DNA of 64,000 bases from Ranitomeya imitator (GCF_032444005.1 NC_091282.1:364126001-364190000); one strand, 5' to 3'. Counted from the stretch's first letter, positions 12,001 to 24,605 are shown. Made by a program: numbers and translations. The notes: generated from the sequence alone by a model not told the origin.

Positions 12001-12246
12001 GTCTACAGCCTCATCATCATCATCCTGTGTGTTCTCACACCCGTCGTCCTCAGAGCCAAGCTCTTCCTGCCCTGACCGAAAACTCAAGTTTTCGTTCCAA
12101 TCAAGTATCTCTGTCTCATCATCATCTTCCTCATTGTCTCCACCAACAGGAGATACAGTTTGGGAACTAGGGTCTACATTATGCTCAGAACGTTCTACAT
12201 CTGGGCCTGGATCCGACTCACAAAGATTCTGGGAATCAGTGCAGAT
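9030..12246 (-). pseudogene. Degenerate hAT transposase, family A
   Basis: BED finger (AWAFF...C..NLSRG...SCMNRHM..RH). LHFTTNTWTSRHGQG (catalytic D>N). VCDNAANL...PCMADILNLVVQ (CxxH>CxxD). DVPTQWNSTLHMLQRL. YWVATLLDPRYK. Dimerisation domain FW...WPELA..AL..LSCPAASVLSEHVFSAAG. Many frameshifts and an internal deletion near 10690. N-terminus cut by the element at 12247. Confidence 0.9.
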
Positions 12247-13324
12247 TAGGGTTGAGCGACCTTGACCTTTTTAGAGTCGAGTCGTGTTTCGCGAAACCCG
12301 ACTATCTTAGAAGTCGAGTCGAGTGGAATCGGCCGATTATCGTGAAAAGTCGGGTATCGCCCGAAACATGAAACCCAATGCAAGTCAATGGGGGAGCATA
12401 GTCGGCAGTGAGTGGAGGCCAGGAAAACACCTACACTGCCCATTTTAATGGCAAAAACATCCATTCTTTTTACTGAAGCTTGTCAATCGTAATTTAGCTT
12501 ATAATAATTGGAAGGCATTTGAAATTGGGGGTCATTTGGCTAAAGTTGTGGGGGGTAGGGCTGGTTCAAGTAATTAGTGGGCCCAGGAAATCTGGAACGC
12601 GTCACGGCAGTGGAGCAAGGAGAGGAAAGTATTTCAACTTTGCAAGTGCTGTGATCCTGAGAAAGCAGGGGGGGCCCACTCGTTGGCACTGGCACTGGTA
12701 CAGGGCCCCTCAAAGTACAGCGGTGTGTTTGCACGGCGAGGGCGCCTCCCACCGGCAGCAACACTTTTGCGTACTATGAGAGGCCCTGTGCCAGTGACGT
12801 CGCCAACTAGTATTCCTCCCCCCACCTGATGAAGGAACCTGCACTTTCATCTGCACCTTCCTCTTTGTCCCCGTGTAAGGTGGTATGGTATGCGGGAAGA
12901 GGAACCTGACTTTCAGCAGGGTCACAATCTTGCTGTGTAGCGTGCACGGGGAATTTAGCGTTATGGGTCAATGTACCAGCAGACTCATCTATCACTGGCT
13001 GGGCAATGGGCAGGATGAGGAGGAAACACAGATATAGGCCCAAAGAATAAAGTGGGCTAAATGCAGTTCAAAATTGGTAACACAGGACTAACCAGGGGGC
13101 ATTGCAGTGGAGGACAACTGGAATGAGAGGCTGACACAGAGAGTAGGCCCAAATCAGTAAGTAGTCGAAATGCAGTTCAAAATTGGCAACCGTAGTAAAC
13201 AGGCGGCACAGCTTTGTTCAGTGGAGGAGAACAGCAAGGAGTGGCAGACACCGACAGTAGGCCCCAACCCAACTAGTACGCCAAATGCAGTTGTTCCATT
13301 TAACCACAATTTAATGAGAGCCTG

Positions 13325-15545
13325 AAGATAGAAGCTCAGGAAAGGCAACCTGGAGAACACCTTGTAGTGTAACACACCATCTCTCTACACCCCATACCCA
13401 ATTTGTAGGCCTAATGCAGTGTAGTTTCCAACAACTACTAAACGAGAGCAGGAAGATCGAAGCAATGGCGAGGAAACCTGGGGAACACCTTGGAGTGGAA
13501 CACACCATCTCTCTACACCCCATACCCAATTTGTAGGCCTAATGCACTGTAGTTTCCAACAACTACTAAACGAGAGCATTAAGATCGCAGCAATGGCGAG
13601 GAAACCTGGGGAACACCTTGGAGTGGAACACACCATCTCTCTACACCCCATACCCAATTTGTAGGCCTAATGCACTGTAGTTTCCAACAACTACTAAACG
13701 AGAGCATTAAGATCGCAGCAATGGCGAGGAAACCTGGGAAACACCTTGGAGTGGAACACACCATCTCTCTACACCCCATACCCAATTTGTAGGCCTAATG
13801 CACTGTAGTTTCCAACAACTACTAAACAAGAGCATTAAGATCGCAGCAATGGCGAGGAAACCTGGGGAACACCTTGGAGTGGAACACACCATCTCTCTAC
13901 ACCCCATACCCAATTTGTAGGCCTAATGCACTGTAGTTTCCAACAACTACTAAACGAGAGCAGGAAGATCGAAGCAATGGAGAGGAAACCTGGGGAACAC
14001 CTTGGAGTGTAACACACCGTCTCTCTACACCCCATACCCAATTTGTAGGCCTAATGCAGTGTAGTTTCCAACAACTACTAAACGAGAGCAGGAAGATCGA
14101 AGCAATGGCGAGGAAACCTGGGGAACACCTTGGAGTGGAACACACCATCTCTCTACACCCCATACCCAATTTGTAGGCCTAATGCACTGTAGTTTCCAAC
14201 AACTACTAAACGAGAGCAGGAAGATCGAAGCAATGGCGAGGAAACCTGGGGAACACCTTGGAGTGTAACACACCGTCTCTCTACACCCCATACCCAATTT
14301 GTAGGCCTAATGCAGTGTAGTTTCCAACAACTACTAAACGAGAGCAGGAAGATCGAAGCAATGGCGAGGAAACCTGGGGAACACCTTGGAGTGGAACACA
14401 CCATCTCTCTACACCCCATACCCAATTTGTAGGCCTAATGCACTGTAGTTTCCAACAACTACTAAACGAGAGCAGGAAGATCGAAGCAATGGAGAGGAAA
14501 CCTGGGGAACACCTTGGAGTGTAACACACCGTCTCTCTACACCCCATACCCAATTTGTAGGCCTAATGCAGTGTAGTTTCCAACAACTACTAAACGAGAG
14601 CAGGAAGATCGAAGCAATGGCGAGGAAACCTGGGGAACACCTTGGAGTGGAACACACCATCTCTCTACACCCCATACCCAATTTGTAGGCCTAATGCTCT
14701 GTAGTTTCCAACAACTACTAAACGAGAGCATTAAGATCGCAGCAATGGCGAGGAAACCTGGGGAACACCTTGGAGTGGAACACACCATCTCTCTACACCC
14801 CATACCCAATTTGTAGGCCTAATGCACTGTAGTTTCCAACAACTACTAAACGAGAGCATTAAGATCGCAGCAATGGCGAGGAAACCTGGGGAACACCTTG
14901 GAGTGGAACACACCATCTCTCTACACCCGATACCCAATTTGTAGGCCTAATGCACTGTAGTTTCCAACAACTACTAAACGAGAGCATTAAGATCGCAGCA
15001 ATGGCGAGGAAACCTGGGGAACACCTTGGAGTGGAACACACCATCTCTCTACACCCCATACCCAATTTGTAGGCCTAATGCACTGTAGTTTCCAACAACT
15101 ACTAAACGAGAGCATTAAGATCGCAGCAATGGCGAGGAAACCTGGGGAACACCTTGGAGTGGAACACACCATCTCTCTACACCCCATACCCAATTTGTAG
15201 GCCTAATGCACTGTAGTTTCCAACAACTACTAAACGAGAGCATTAAGATCGCAGCAATGGCGAGGAAACCTGGGGAACACCTTGGAGTGGAACACACCAT
15301 CTCTCTACACCCCATACCCAATTTGTAGGCCTAATGCACTGTAGTTTCCAACAACTACTAAACGAGAGCATTAAGATCGCAGCAATGACGAGGAAACCTG
15401 GGGAACACCTTGGAGTGGAACACACCATCTCTACACCCCAGACCCAACTTGTAGGCCGAATGCAGTGTTGTTTTCAACAACTACTTAAGAAGAGCCTGAA
15501 GATCAAAGCTCAGAAAAGGCAACCCGGGGAACACCTTGGAGCGGC
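13325..15545. repeat. 128-bp satellite-like tandem array inside hAT-B, about 17 units
   Basis: Unit TGTAGGCCTAATGCACTGTAGTTTCCAACAACTACTAAACGAGAGC...ACACCCCATACCCAATT. The period is confirmed by ORF ends spaced exactly 128 bp apart (13529, 13657 ... 15321). Confidence 0.95.
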
Positions 15546-15979
15546 AGACACTGGTAGTAGGCTGTCAACCCCAAATTTTGGTCAATGGAGTTTATGAAAT
15601 GTTCCAGGGGTACACAGGCAGCATTGGTGTGGTAAGCGGAGGACAATTTATATTTGGGACTGCAGACAGACTTTGTAGGCTGTCCCCTGTGGACCATGCA
15701 TCCACAACATTAACCCAGTGCGCCGTAATGGACATCTAACCTTCCGTGGACATGACTACTGGTCCATGCATCTGTTGTCAGGTGCACCTTTCTACTATTA
15801 GATAGCCAGAGAGCATGGACAATGCAGATTTTTACATGATGCTGTAGTGCTGGGATGGCTTTTCTCGCAAAAGAAGTGACGACTGGGTAGCTCTTAACGT
15901 GGTACAGCGTAGTCCATCTGGGCTTTATAATTGTAAAATAGAGAAAAAAAATTGGCTGTATGCACTTTAAAATAGGTTA

Positions 15980-16552
15980 CAGGGGTACACGGGCGGCAGT
16001 GGTCTGGTCAGTGTAGTTGTAGTAGAAAGAAGGGACCGCAGACAGGCTTCAAAGGCCTAACATAACAAATTGGACAGGCTGTAGGCACTTTTACATTGGT
16101 TCCAGGGGTACACGGGCAGCAGTACAATGGTCAGTGGAGGCCAAGTGGAAGGAGGGACCGCAGACAGGCTTCGAAGGCCTAACATAAAAAAATAGGGCTG
16201 TTGGCAATTTAAAATTGGTTCCAGGGGTACACGGGCAGCAGTACAATGGTCAGTGGAGGCCTAGTGGAAGGAGGGACCGCAGACAGGCTTCGAAGGCCTA
16301 ACATAACAAAAATAGGGGTGCAGGCAATTTAACATTGGTTCCCGGGGTACACGGGCAGCAGTGGTCTGGTCAGTGTAGTAGTAGTAGAAAGAAGGGACTG
16401 CAGACAGGCTTCAAAGGCCTAACATAGCAAAATTGGGCTGTTGGCAATTTAAAATTGGTTCCAGGGGTACACGGGCAGCAGTACAATGGTCAGTGGAGGC
16501 CTAGTGGAAGGAGGGACCGCAGACAGGCTTCGAAGGCCTAACATAACAAAAA
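15980..16552. repeat. About 120-bp tandem array inside hAT-B, about 5 units
   Basis: GGGTACACGGGC.GCAGT...GGGACCGCAGACAGGCTTC.AAGGCCTAACATA at about 15983, 16106, 16225, 16345 and 16465. Confidence 0.9.
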
Positions 16553-17014
16553 TGTCAATACAATGGTATTGTCAGTGCCAGGCATTGAAGGATGTCAGCG
16601 CATAGACTAAACATTGGTGGAGCTGTGAGAGATAATTTTGCAAGTGGTAGAGCACTGTTTGAGCTGGGGGGGGGGAACTGTCTTGTGGCCGGCGGTACAG
16701 GCCCAGGGCCCCTCATATTACAACGGTGTGTCTGACGTTGGGTGCGCACCACCACCGCCAGAGACACTTTATTGTACTATGAGGGACCCAGTGGCAGTGC
16801 CGTCGACCAAAAGCGGGCACACCCACCTCTTCAGAAAAAAAACAGCACTCTCACGGGTGCTGGCGCCAAGTGGCGATACCACGGCCCCGTGTGGGGAGTT
16901 TGGCCATTTAGGGAGGTGTAAACATGTCGTATGCTGGACAATCAGGTGCAGCAAATTACGATATTGGAAAAGTCATTCATAATAGTCCACAGGCAAGACC
17001 TTTTCATAGGAAAG

Positions 17015-20000
17015 CTAGGTGTCAGCCGGGCAAGGTGGGGCAAAAGATTTCGAAATCCAGTTGTGGTTCATTTTAATAAAGGTTAGATCATCTACATTTT
17101 GGGTAGCCAGACGAGTCCTTTTTTCTGTTAGTATTGAACCTGCAGCACTGAATACTCTTTCTGATAGGACACTAGCTGCCGGGCAAGCAAGCTCCTGCAA
17201 TGCATATTCTGCCAATTCTGGCCAGGTGTCTAATTTGGATGCCCAGTAATCAAATGGGAATGACGGTTGAGGGAGAACGTCGATAAGGGATGAAAAATAG
17301 TTTGTAACCATACTGGACAAATGTTGTCTCCTGTCACTTTGAATTGATGCTGCAGTACCTGTCCTGTCTGCGGTCATAGCAAAATCACTCCACAACCTGG
17401 TCAGAAAACCCCTCTGGCCAACGCCACTTCTGATTTCTGCCCCTCTAACACCTCTGGTCTGCTGGCCCCTGCAGCTCGTGTGAGAACGATCACGGGCGCT
17501 GTGTGCAGGGAATGCCAGAAGCAAACGGTCAATAAGAGTTGATTGTTTGGTTGCTAATATTATTTCCAAGTTCTCATGTGGCATTATATTTTGCAATTTG
17601 CCTTTACAGTGAGGATCAAGGAGGCAGGCCAACCAGTAATCGTCATCGTTCATCATTTTAGTAATGCGTGTGTCCCTTTTGAGGATACGTAAGGCATAAT
17701 CCGCCATGTGGGCCAAAGTTCCAGTTCTCAAATCTGCGGTTGTGCTTGGTTGAGGGGCAGTTTCAGGCAAATCCACGTCACTTGTGTCCCTCCAAAAACC
17801 AGAACCCAGCCTTGCCGCGCCAACAATTTCCAGTGGCCCCGGAAAAGCTTCCTCATTAAAAATATAATCATCCCCATCATCCTCCTCGTCCTCCTCCTCC
17901 TCTTCGCCCGCTACCTCGTCCTGTACACTGCCCTGGCCAGACAATGGCTGACTGTCATCAAGGCTTTCCTCTTCCTCAGCTGCAGACGCCTGATCCTTTA
18001 TGTGCGTCAAACTTTGCATCAGCAGACGCATTAGGGGGATGCTCATGCTTATTATGGCGTTGTTTGCACTAACCAGCCGTATGCATTCCTCAAAACACTG
18101 AAGGACTTGACACATGTCTTGAATCTTCGACCACTGCACACCTGACAACTCCATGTCTGCCATCCTACTGCCTGCCCGTGTATGTGTATCCTCCCACAAA
18201 AACATAACAGCCCGCCTCTGTTCGCACAGTCTCTGAAGCATGTGCAGTGTTGAGTTCCACCTTGTTGCAACGTCTATGATTAGGCAATGCTGGGGAAGGT
18301 TCAAAGAACGCTGATAGGTCTGCATACGGCTGGAGTGTACGGGCGAACGGCGGATATGTGAGCAAAGTCCACGCACTTTGAGGAGCAGGTCGGATAACCC
18401 CGGATAACTTTTCAGGAAGCACTGCACCACCAGGTTTAAGGTGTGAGCCAGGCAAGGAATGTGTTTCAGTTGGGAAAGGGAGATGGCAGCCATGAAATTC
18501 CTTCCGTTATCACTCACTACCTTGCCTGCCTCAAGATGTACAGTGCCCAGCCACGACTGCGTTTCTTTCTGCAAGAACTCGGACAGAACTTCCGCGGTGT
18601 GTCTGTTGTCGCCCAAACACTTCATAGCCAATACAGTACAGCCTGCTGACGTTTGCCAGTAGCTGCCCCATAATGGGAGACCTGGTGTGCAACAGTGGCA
18701 GCTGCGGATGGAGTGGTTGTGCGACTGCGGTCTGTGGACGAGCTCTCGCTTCTGCAGGAGGACGAGGAGGAGGAGGAGGGGGTGCGAACGCCTACAGCCA
18801 ACTGTTTCCTAGACCGTGGGCTAGGCAGAACTGTCCCAAACTTGCTGTCCCCTGTGGACCCTGCATCCACAACATTCACCCAGTGTGCCGTGATGGACAC
18901 GTAACGTCCCTGGCCATGCCTACTGGTCCATGCATCCGTTGTCAGGTGCACCTTTGTGCTCACATATTGCCTGAGTGCATGGACGATGCGCTCTTTAACA
19001 TGCTGGTGGAGGGCTGGGATGGCTTTTCTGGAAAAAAAAGTGTCGACTGGGTAGCTCGTAGCGTGGTACAGCGTAGTCCATCAGGGCTTTGAAAGCTTTG
19101 CTTTCAACTAACCGGTAGGGCATCATCTCTAACGAGATTAGTCTAGCTATGTGGGCGTTCAAACCCTGTGTATGCGGATGCGAGGCTAAGTACTTCCTTT
19201 TTCTAACCATAGTCTCATGTAGGGTGAGCTGGACTGGAGAGCTGGAGATCGTGGAACTAGCGGGGGGGCCGGTGGACATGGCAGACTGAGAGACGGTGGG
19301 AGATGGTATTGTTGCCGCCGGTGCCCTAGATGCAGTGTTTCCTACTACGAAACTGGTGATTCCCTGACCCTGACTGCTTTGGCCTGGCAAAGAAACCTGC
19401 ACAGATACTGCAGGTGGTGCGGAAAATGGTGGCCCTACACTGCTGGAAGGGATGTTGCGTTGATGACTAGCTTCATTGGCCGAGGGTGCTACAACCTTAA
19501 GGGACGTTTGGTAGTTAGTCCAAGCTTGCAAATGCATGGTGGTTAAATGTCTATGCATGCAACTTGTATTGAGACTTTTCAGATTCTGCCCTCTGCTTAA
19601 GGTAGTTGAACATTTTTGACAGATGACTTTGCGCTGATCAATTGGATGTTGTTTAAAAAAATGCCAGACTGCACTCTTTCTAGCATCGGATACCTTTTCA
19701 GGCATTGCAGACTGAGCTTTAACCGGATGGCCACGCTGTCCTCCAACAGGTTTTGGCTTTGCCACGCGTTTTGGGCAAGATACGGGCCCGGCAGATGGAA
19801 CCTGTTGCGATGTTGATGCCTGCTGCGGCCCCTCCTCCTCCGCTTCAGAACTGCTGCCGCCTGCACCCTGTTCCCCCAATGGCTGCCAATCGGGGTCAAG
19901 AACTGGGTCATCTATTACCTCTTCTTGTAGCTCGTGTGCAACTTCGTCTGTGTCACCGTGGCGGTCGGTGGTATAGCGTTCGTGATGGGGCAACATAGTC

Positions 20001-20589
20001 TCATCAGGGTCTGATTCTTGATCATTACCCTGCGAGGGCAATGTTGTGGTCTGAGTCAAAGGACCAGCATAGTAGTCTGGCTGTGGCTGTGCATCAGTGC
20101 ACTCCATGTCAGATTCAACTTGTAATGGGAATGGACTGTTAACTGCTTCACTTTCTAAGCCAGGGACGGTATGTGTAAAGAGCTCCATGGAGTAACCCGT
20201 TGTGTCGCCTGCTGCATTCTTCTCTGTTGTTGTTTTTGCTGAAGAGGACAAGGAAGCGACTTGTCCCTGACCGTGAACATCCACTAACGACGCGCTGCTT
20301 TTACATTTACCAGTTTCACGAGAGGAGGCAAAAGAGCTAGAGGCTGAGTCAGCAAGATAAGCCAAAACTTGCTCTTGCTGCTCCGGCTTTAAAAGCGGTT
20401 TTCCTACTCCCAGAAAAGGGAGCGTTCGAGGCCTTGTGTAGCCAGACGACGAACCTGGCTCCACAGCTCCAGACTTAGGTGCAATATTTTTTTCCCACGA
20501 CCACCTGATGCTCCACCACTACCACTACCCTCATTACCAGCTGACAATGAACGCCCCCGGCCACGACCTCTTCCACCAGACTTCCTCAT
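17015..20589 (-). pseudogene. Nearly intact hAT (Ac-type) transposase of family B, about 1190 aa, three frameshifts
   Basis: ORFs 20589-20404, 20464-18995, 18963-18622 and 18631-17015 join into one protein. It has a BED finger (VWHFF..C.KC...HRHLTTMH), VHLTTDAWT (D), VVSDNG (D), PCLAH (CxxH), DVATRWNS, CPAASVLSERVFS (E) and the C-terminal dimerisation domain. Lesions: T7 run at about 20487-20493, A8 run at 19032-19039, 5-bp duplication at about 18633-18642. Confidence 0.93.
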
Positions 20590-20739
20590 TGTTTTAAAAA
20601 CGTAACCAAACTAACGGTATTTGTTGCTGTCACACAACTTACACGGTGAGCTATAACTTCAGTATGATTTAGCTACCCCTTTACAGGTGGGTGAGACCAC
20701 AACGAAAATCAGGCACAATGTTACACACTTTGTTTTTGG

Positions 20740-23400
20740 TGGCACCAAATGAGAGAGATGCCACACACGCAGGACTGTCACTGAAGCACAAATGTAAATA
20801 TTAATCTCCCACTGTTTTTTTTATTTTTTTTTTCAGGGAGACTTTAGAAACAAAATAAAATAAAATGATTTTTTCAGGAAGAATTTAGAAACCAAATAAC
20901 ATAAAATGATTTTTCCAATGACAATTTAGAAACCAAATAAAAAAAAAAAAAAAAGGCTTTCTATGCCCCACTGAGTGAGAGATGCCACACACAGGAGTCA
21001 GGAGTGGCACACAAGCCCAGAGGCCAATATTTTTCTCCCAGTGATTGATGTAGTGATTTTTTCAGGTAGATTTTGGAACCCAAATCAAGCTAAAAAAATA
21101 ATAGGCTTTCTATGGCCCACAATTGGAGAGAGAGAGAGAGACGGCACACCCAGGAGTCAAGACTGGCACACAAGCAGAAAGGGCAATATTAATCTCCCAC
21201 TGATTTGATTTTTTTTTTTTTTTCAGGGAGACTTCGGAAAAAAAAAAATAATAGAATAAAATGATTTTTTCAGGAAGAATTTAGAAACCAAATAACATAA
21301 AATGATTTTTTCAGGGAGAATTTAGAAAACAAATAAAACAAAAAAAGGCTTTCTATGGCCCACTGAGTGAGAGATGACGCACACAGGAGTCAGGAGTGGC
21401 ACACAAGCCCAGAGGCCAATATTTATCTCCCACTGATTGATGTAGTGATTTTTTCAGGTAGATTTTGGAACCCAAATCAAGCTAAAAAAATAATAGGCTT
21501 TCTATGGCCCACAATTGGAGAGAGAGAGAGAGATGGCACACCCAGGAGTCAAGACTGGCACACAAGCAGAAAGGGCAATATTAATCTCCCACTGATTTTT
21601 TTTTTTTTTTCAGGGAGACTTTAGAAAAAAAAAATAATAGTATAAAATGATTTTTTCAGGAAGAATTTACAAACCAAATAAAATAAAATTATTTTTTCAG
21701 GGAGAATTTTAGAATAAAATGATTTTTTCAGGAAGAATTTAGAAACCAAATAAAATAAAATTATTTTTTCAGGGAGAATTTAGAAAACAAATAAAACCAA
21801 AAATAGGCTTTCTATGACCCACTATTTGTGAGAGAGATGGCACGCTCAGGACTGGCACACAAGCCCAGAGGCCAATATTTATCTCCCACTGATTGATTTA
21901 TTGATTTTTTCAGGTAGAATTTAGAACCCAAATCAACCAAAAAAATAAATAGGCTTTCTATGGCTCACTATCTGAGAGAGAGAGATGGCACGCTTAGGAC
22001 TGGCACACAAGCCCAAAGGCCAATATTAATCTCCCTTTTTATTTTCAGGGAGAATTTCTAAAACAAAAAAAAATAAATAAATAGGCTTTCTATGGCCCAC
22101 TATTTGTGAGAGAGATGGCACGCTCAGGACTGGCACACAAGCCCAGAGGCCAATATTAATCTCCCACTTTTTTTTTTTTTTTTTTTTTCAGGGAAAATTT
22201 ATAAACCCAATAAAAAAAATAATAAATAGGCTTTCTATGGCCCACTATCTGACAGAGAGAGATGGCACGCTTAGGACTGGCACACAAGCCCAAAGGCCAA
22301 TATTAATCTCCCTTTTTTTTTCAGGGAGAATTTATAAAACCAAAAAAAAATAAATAAATAGGCTTTCTATGGCCCACTATTTGTGAGAGAGATGGCACGC
22401 TCAGGACTGGCACACAAGCCCAGAGGCCAATATTAATCTCCCACTTTTTTTTTCCAGGGAAAATTTATAAACCCAATAAAAAAAATAATAAATAGGCTTT
22501 CTATGGCCCACTATCTGAGAGAGAGAGATGGCACGCTTAGGACTGGCACACAAGCCCAAAGGCCAATATTAATCTCCCTTTTTTTTTTCAGGGAGAATTT
22601 ATAAAACCAAAAAAAATAAATAAATAGGCTTTCTATGGCCCACTATTTGTGAGAGAGATGGCACGCTCAGGACTGGCACACAAGCCCAGAGGCCAATATT
22701 AATCTCCCACTTTTTTTTTTTTTTTCAGGGAAAATTTATAAACCCAATAAAAAAAATAATAAATAGGCTTTCTATGGCCCACTATCTGAGAGAGAGAGAT
22801 GGCACGCTTAGGACTGGCACACAAGCCCAAAGGCCAATATTAATCTCCCTTTTTTTTTCAGGAAGAATTTATAAAACCAAAAAAAAATAAATAAATAGGC
22901 TTTCTATGGCCCACAATTTGTCAGAGAGATGGCACGCTTAGGACTGGCACACAAGCCCAAAGGCCAATATTAATCTCCCACTGATTGATTAATTGATTTT
23001 TTCAGGTAGAATTTAGAACCCAAATAAAGCAAAAAAAAAAATAGGCTTTCTATTGCCCACTGCGTGAGTGATGATGCACACAGGAGTCAGGAGTGGCACA
23101 CAAGCCCTGAGGCCAATATTTTTCTCCCACTGATTGATGTAGTGATTTTTTCAGGTAGATTTTGGAACCCAAATCAAGCAAAAAAATAAATAGGCTTTCT
23201 ATGGCCCACTGACTGAGAGATGGCACACACAGGAGTCAGGAGTGGCACACAAGCCCTGAGGCCAATATTTTTCTCCCACTGATTGATGTAGTGATTTTTT
23301 CAGGTAGATTTTAGAACCCAAATCAAGCAAAAAAATAAATAGGCTTTCTATGGCCCACTGAGTGAGAGATGGCACAGACAGGGATGGCACTCTAGCAGAA
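20740..23400. repeat. Modular tandem array in the 5' region of hAT-B (about 130-145 bp units with poly-A/T and (GA)n spacers)
   Basis: Recurrent GGCTTTCTATGGCCCACT..GAGAGAGATGGCAC..GGACTGGCACACAAGCCC..AGGCCAATATT.ATCTCCC. There is a 392-bp duplication (ORFs 20975 and 21367) and an alternating dimer of about 270 bp across 21950-23000. Confidence 0.88.
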
Positions 23401-23854
23401 ATGCCAATCTTAATGTCCCACAAAAAAAAAAAAAAAAAAAAAAGGAACTGTCCTTCAACTACTATCTCCCTGCAGTAATCTCAGCCAGGTATGGCAGGCA
23501 GCAATAAGGAGTGGACTGATGCACAAATTAAATAAAAAGTGTGGACAAACAAACAAGATAGCTGTGCAGAAAGGAAGGAACAAGAGGATTTGTGCTTTGA
23601 AAAAAGCAGTTGGTTTGCAAAGCGGCGTACACACAGCAATGCAGCTATCAGGGAGCCTTCTAAGGCAGCCCAATGAGCTACAGCGCTGAGAAAAAAAAAA
23701 ATGTAGCTTCCACTGTCCCTGCACACCGAAGGTGGTGTTGGACAGTGCAAATCGCTACAGCACAAGCGGTTTGGTGGTTAATGGACCCTGCCTAACGCTA
23801 TCCCTGCTTCTGACGAAGCGGCAGCAACCTCTCCCTAAGTTTAGATCAGCAGCA

Positions 23855-23919
23855 GTAAGATGGCGGTCGGCGGGAACGCCCCTTTATAGCCCCTGTGACG
23901 CCGCAGACAGCAAGCCAAT
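23855..23919 (-). promoter_or_regulatory. Putative transposase core promoter of hAT-B
   Basis: YY1-like AAGATGGCGG, TATAAA on the minus strand (forward CCTTTATAGCCCC) and a CCAAT box, in the same order and spacing as in hAT-C (32239-32301). Confidence 0.5.
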
Positions 23920-23984
23920 GTATCTGTAGTTGTTGGCACAACAACCGATGGATGAAAACCGAGCAGAACTGAGTGGCCAAACTG

Positions 23985-24605
23985 TGGCCCAAAACTATTA
24001 ACTGGATTAGATGCAGTAAAAATTGAGATACACAGGCGGTGTAGTTAGTTTCACAGGCGGGCTACTCTGCTGACGTGCAGACACTGCTCCTAGCTCCAAA
24101 ACTATTAACTGGATTAGATGCAGTAAAAAGTGAGATACACAGGCGGTATAGTTAGTTTCACAGGCGGGCTACTCTGCTGACGTGCAGACACTTCTCCTAG
24201 GCCCAAAACTATTAAGTGGGTTAGATGCAGTAAAAATTGAGATACACAGGCGGTGTAGTTAGTTTCACATGCGGGCTACTCTGCTGACGTGCAGAGACTG
24301 CTCCTAGGCCCAAAAATATTAACTGGATTAGATGCAGTCAAAATTTAGATACACAGGCGATATAGTTAGTTTCACAGGCGGGCTACTTTGCTGACGTGCA
24401 GACCCTGCTCCTAGGCCCAAAAATATTAACTGGATTAGATGCAGTAAAAATTGAGATACACAGGCGGTATAGTTAGTTTCACAGGCGGGCTTCTCTGCTG
24501 ATGTGCAGACACTGCTCCTAGGCCCAAAACTATTAACTGGGTTAGGTGCAGTAAAAATTGAGATACACAGGCGGTGTAGCTAGCTTCACAGGCGGGCTAC
24601 TCAGA
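23985..24605. repeat. 107-bp tandem array, about 6 units (family A-related hAT)
   Basis: GCAGTAAAAATTGAGATACACAGGCGGT.TAGTTAGTTTCACAGGCGGGCTACTCTGCTGACGTGCAG at 24013, 24120, 24227, 24334, 24441 and 24548. Confidence 0.92.

Larger units (their letters stand above)
12247..23919 (-). mobile_element. Large hAT transposon, family B (about 11.7 kb), 5' TIR missing
   Basis: TIR TAGGGTTGAGCG at 12247 with GAGTCG/CGACT subterminal repeats, preceded by GTGCAGAT. Colinear with element C in non-coding blocks (12450-13100 vs 24900-25600; 23450-23919 vs 31850-32301). Homology stops abruptly after CAAGCCAAT at 23919. Confidence 0.88.

Noticed and set aside
13311-15428. Series of near-identical 61-90 aa ORFs (MGMGCREMVCSTPRC...)
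   Set aside because: These are a by-product of the 128-bp tandem unit. The unit length is not a multiple of 3, so the frame shifts each unit, and there is no protein homology or coding signature.
17019-20000. Plus-strand ORFs antisense to the hAT transposases (e.g. 17708-18034, 18673-19092; also 9875-10162)
   Set aside because: Shadow ORFs of GC-rich coding sequence with no independent motifs.
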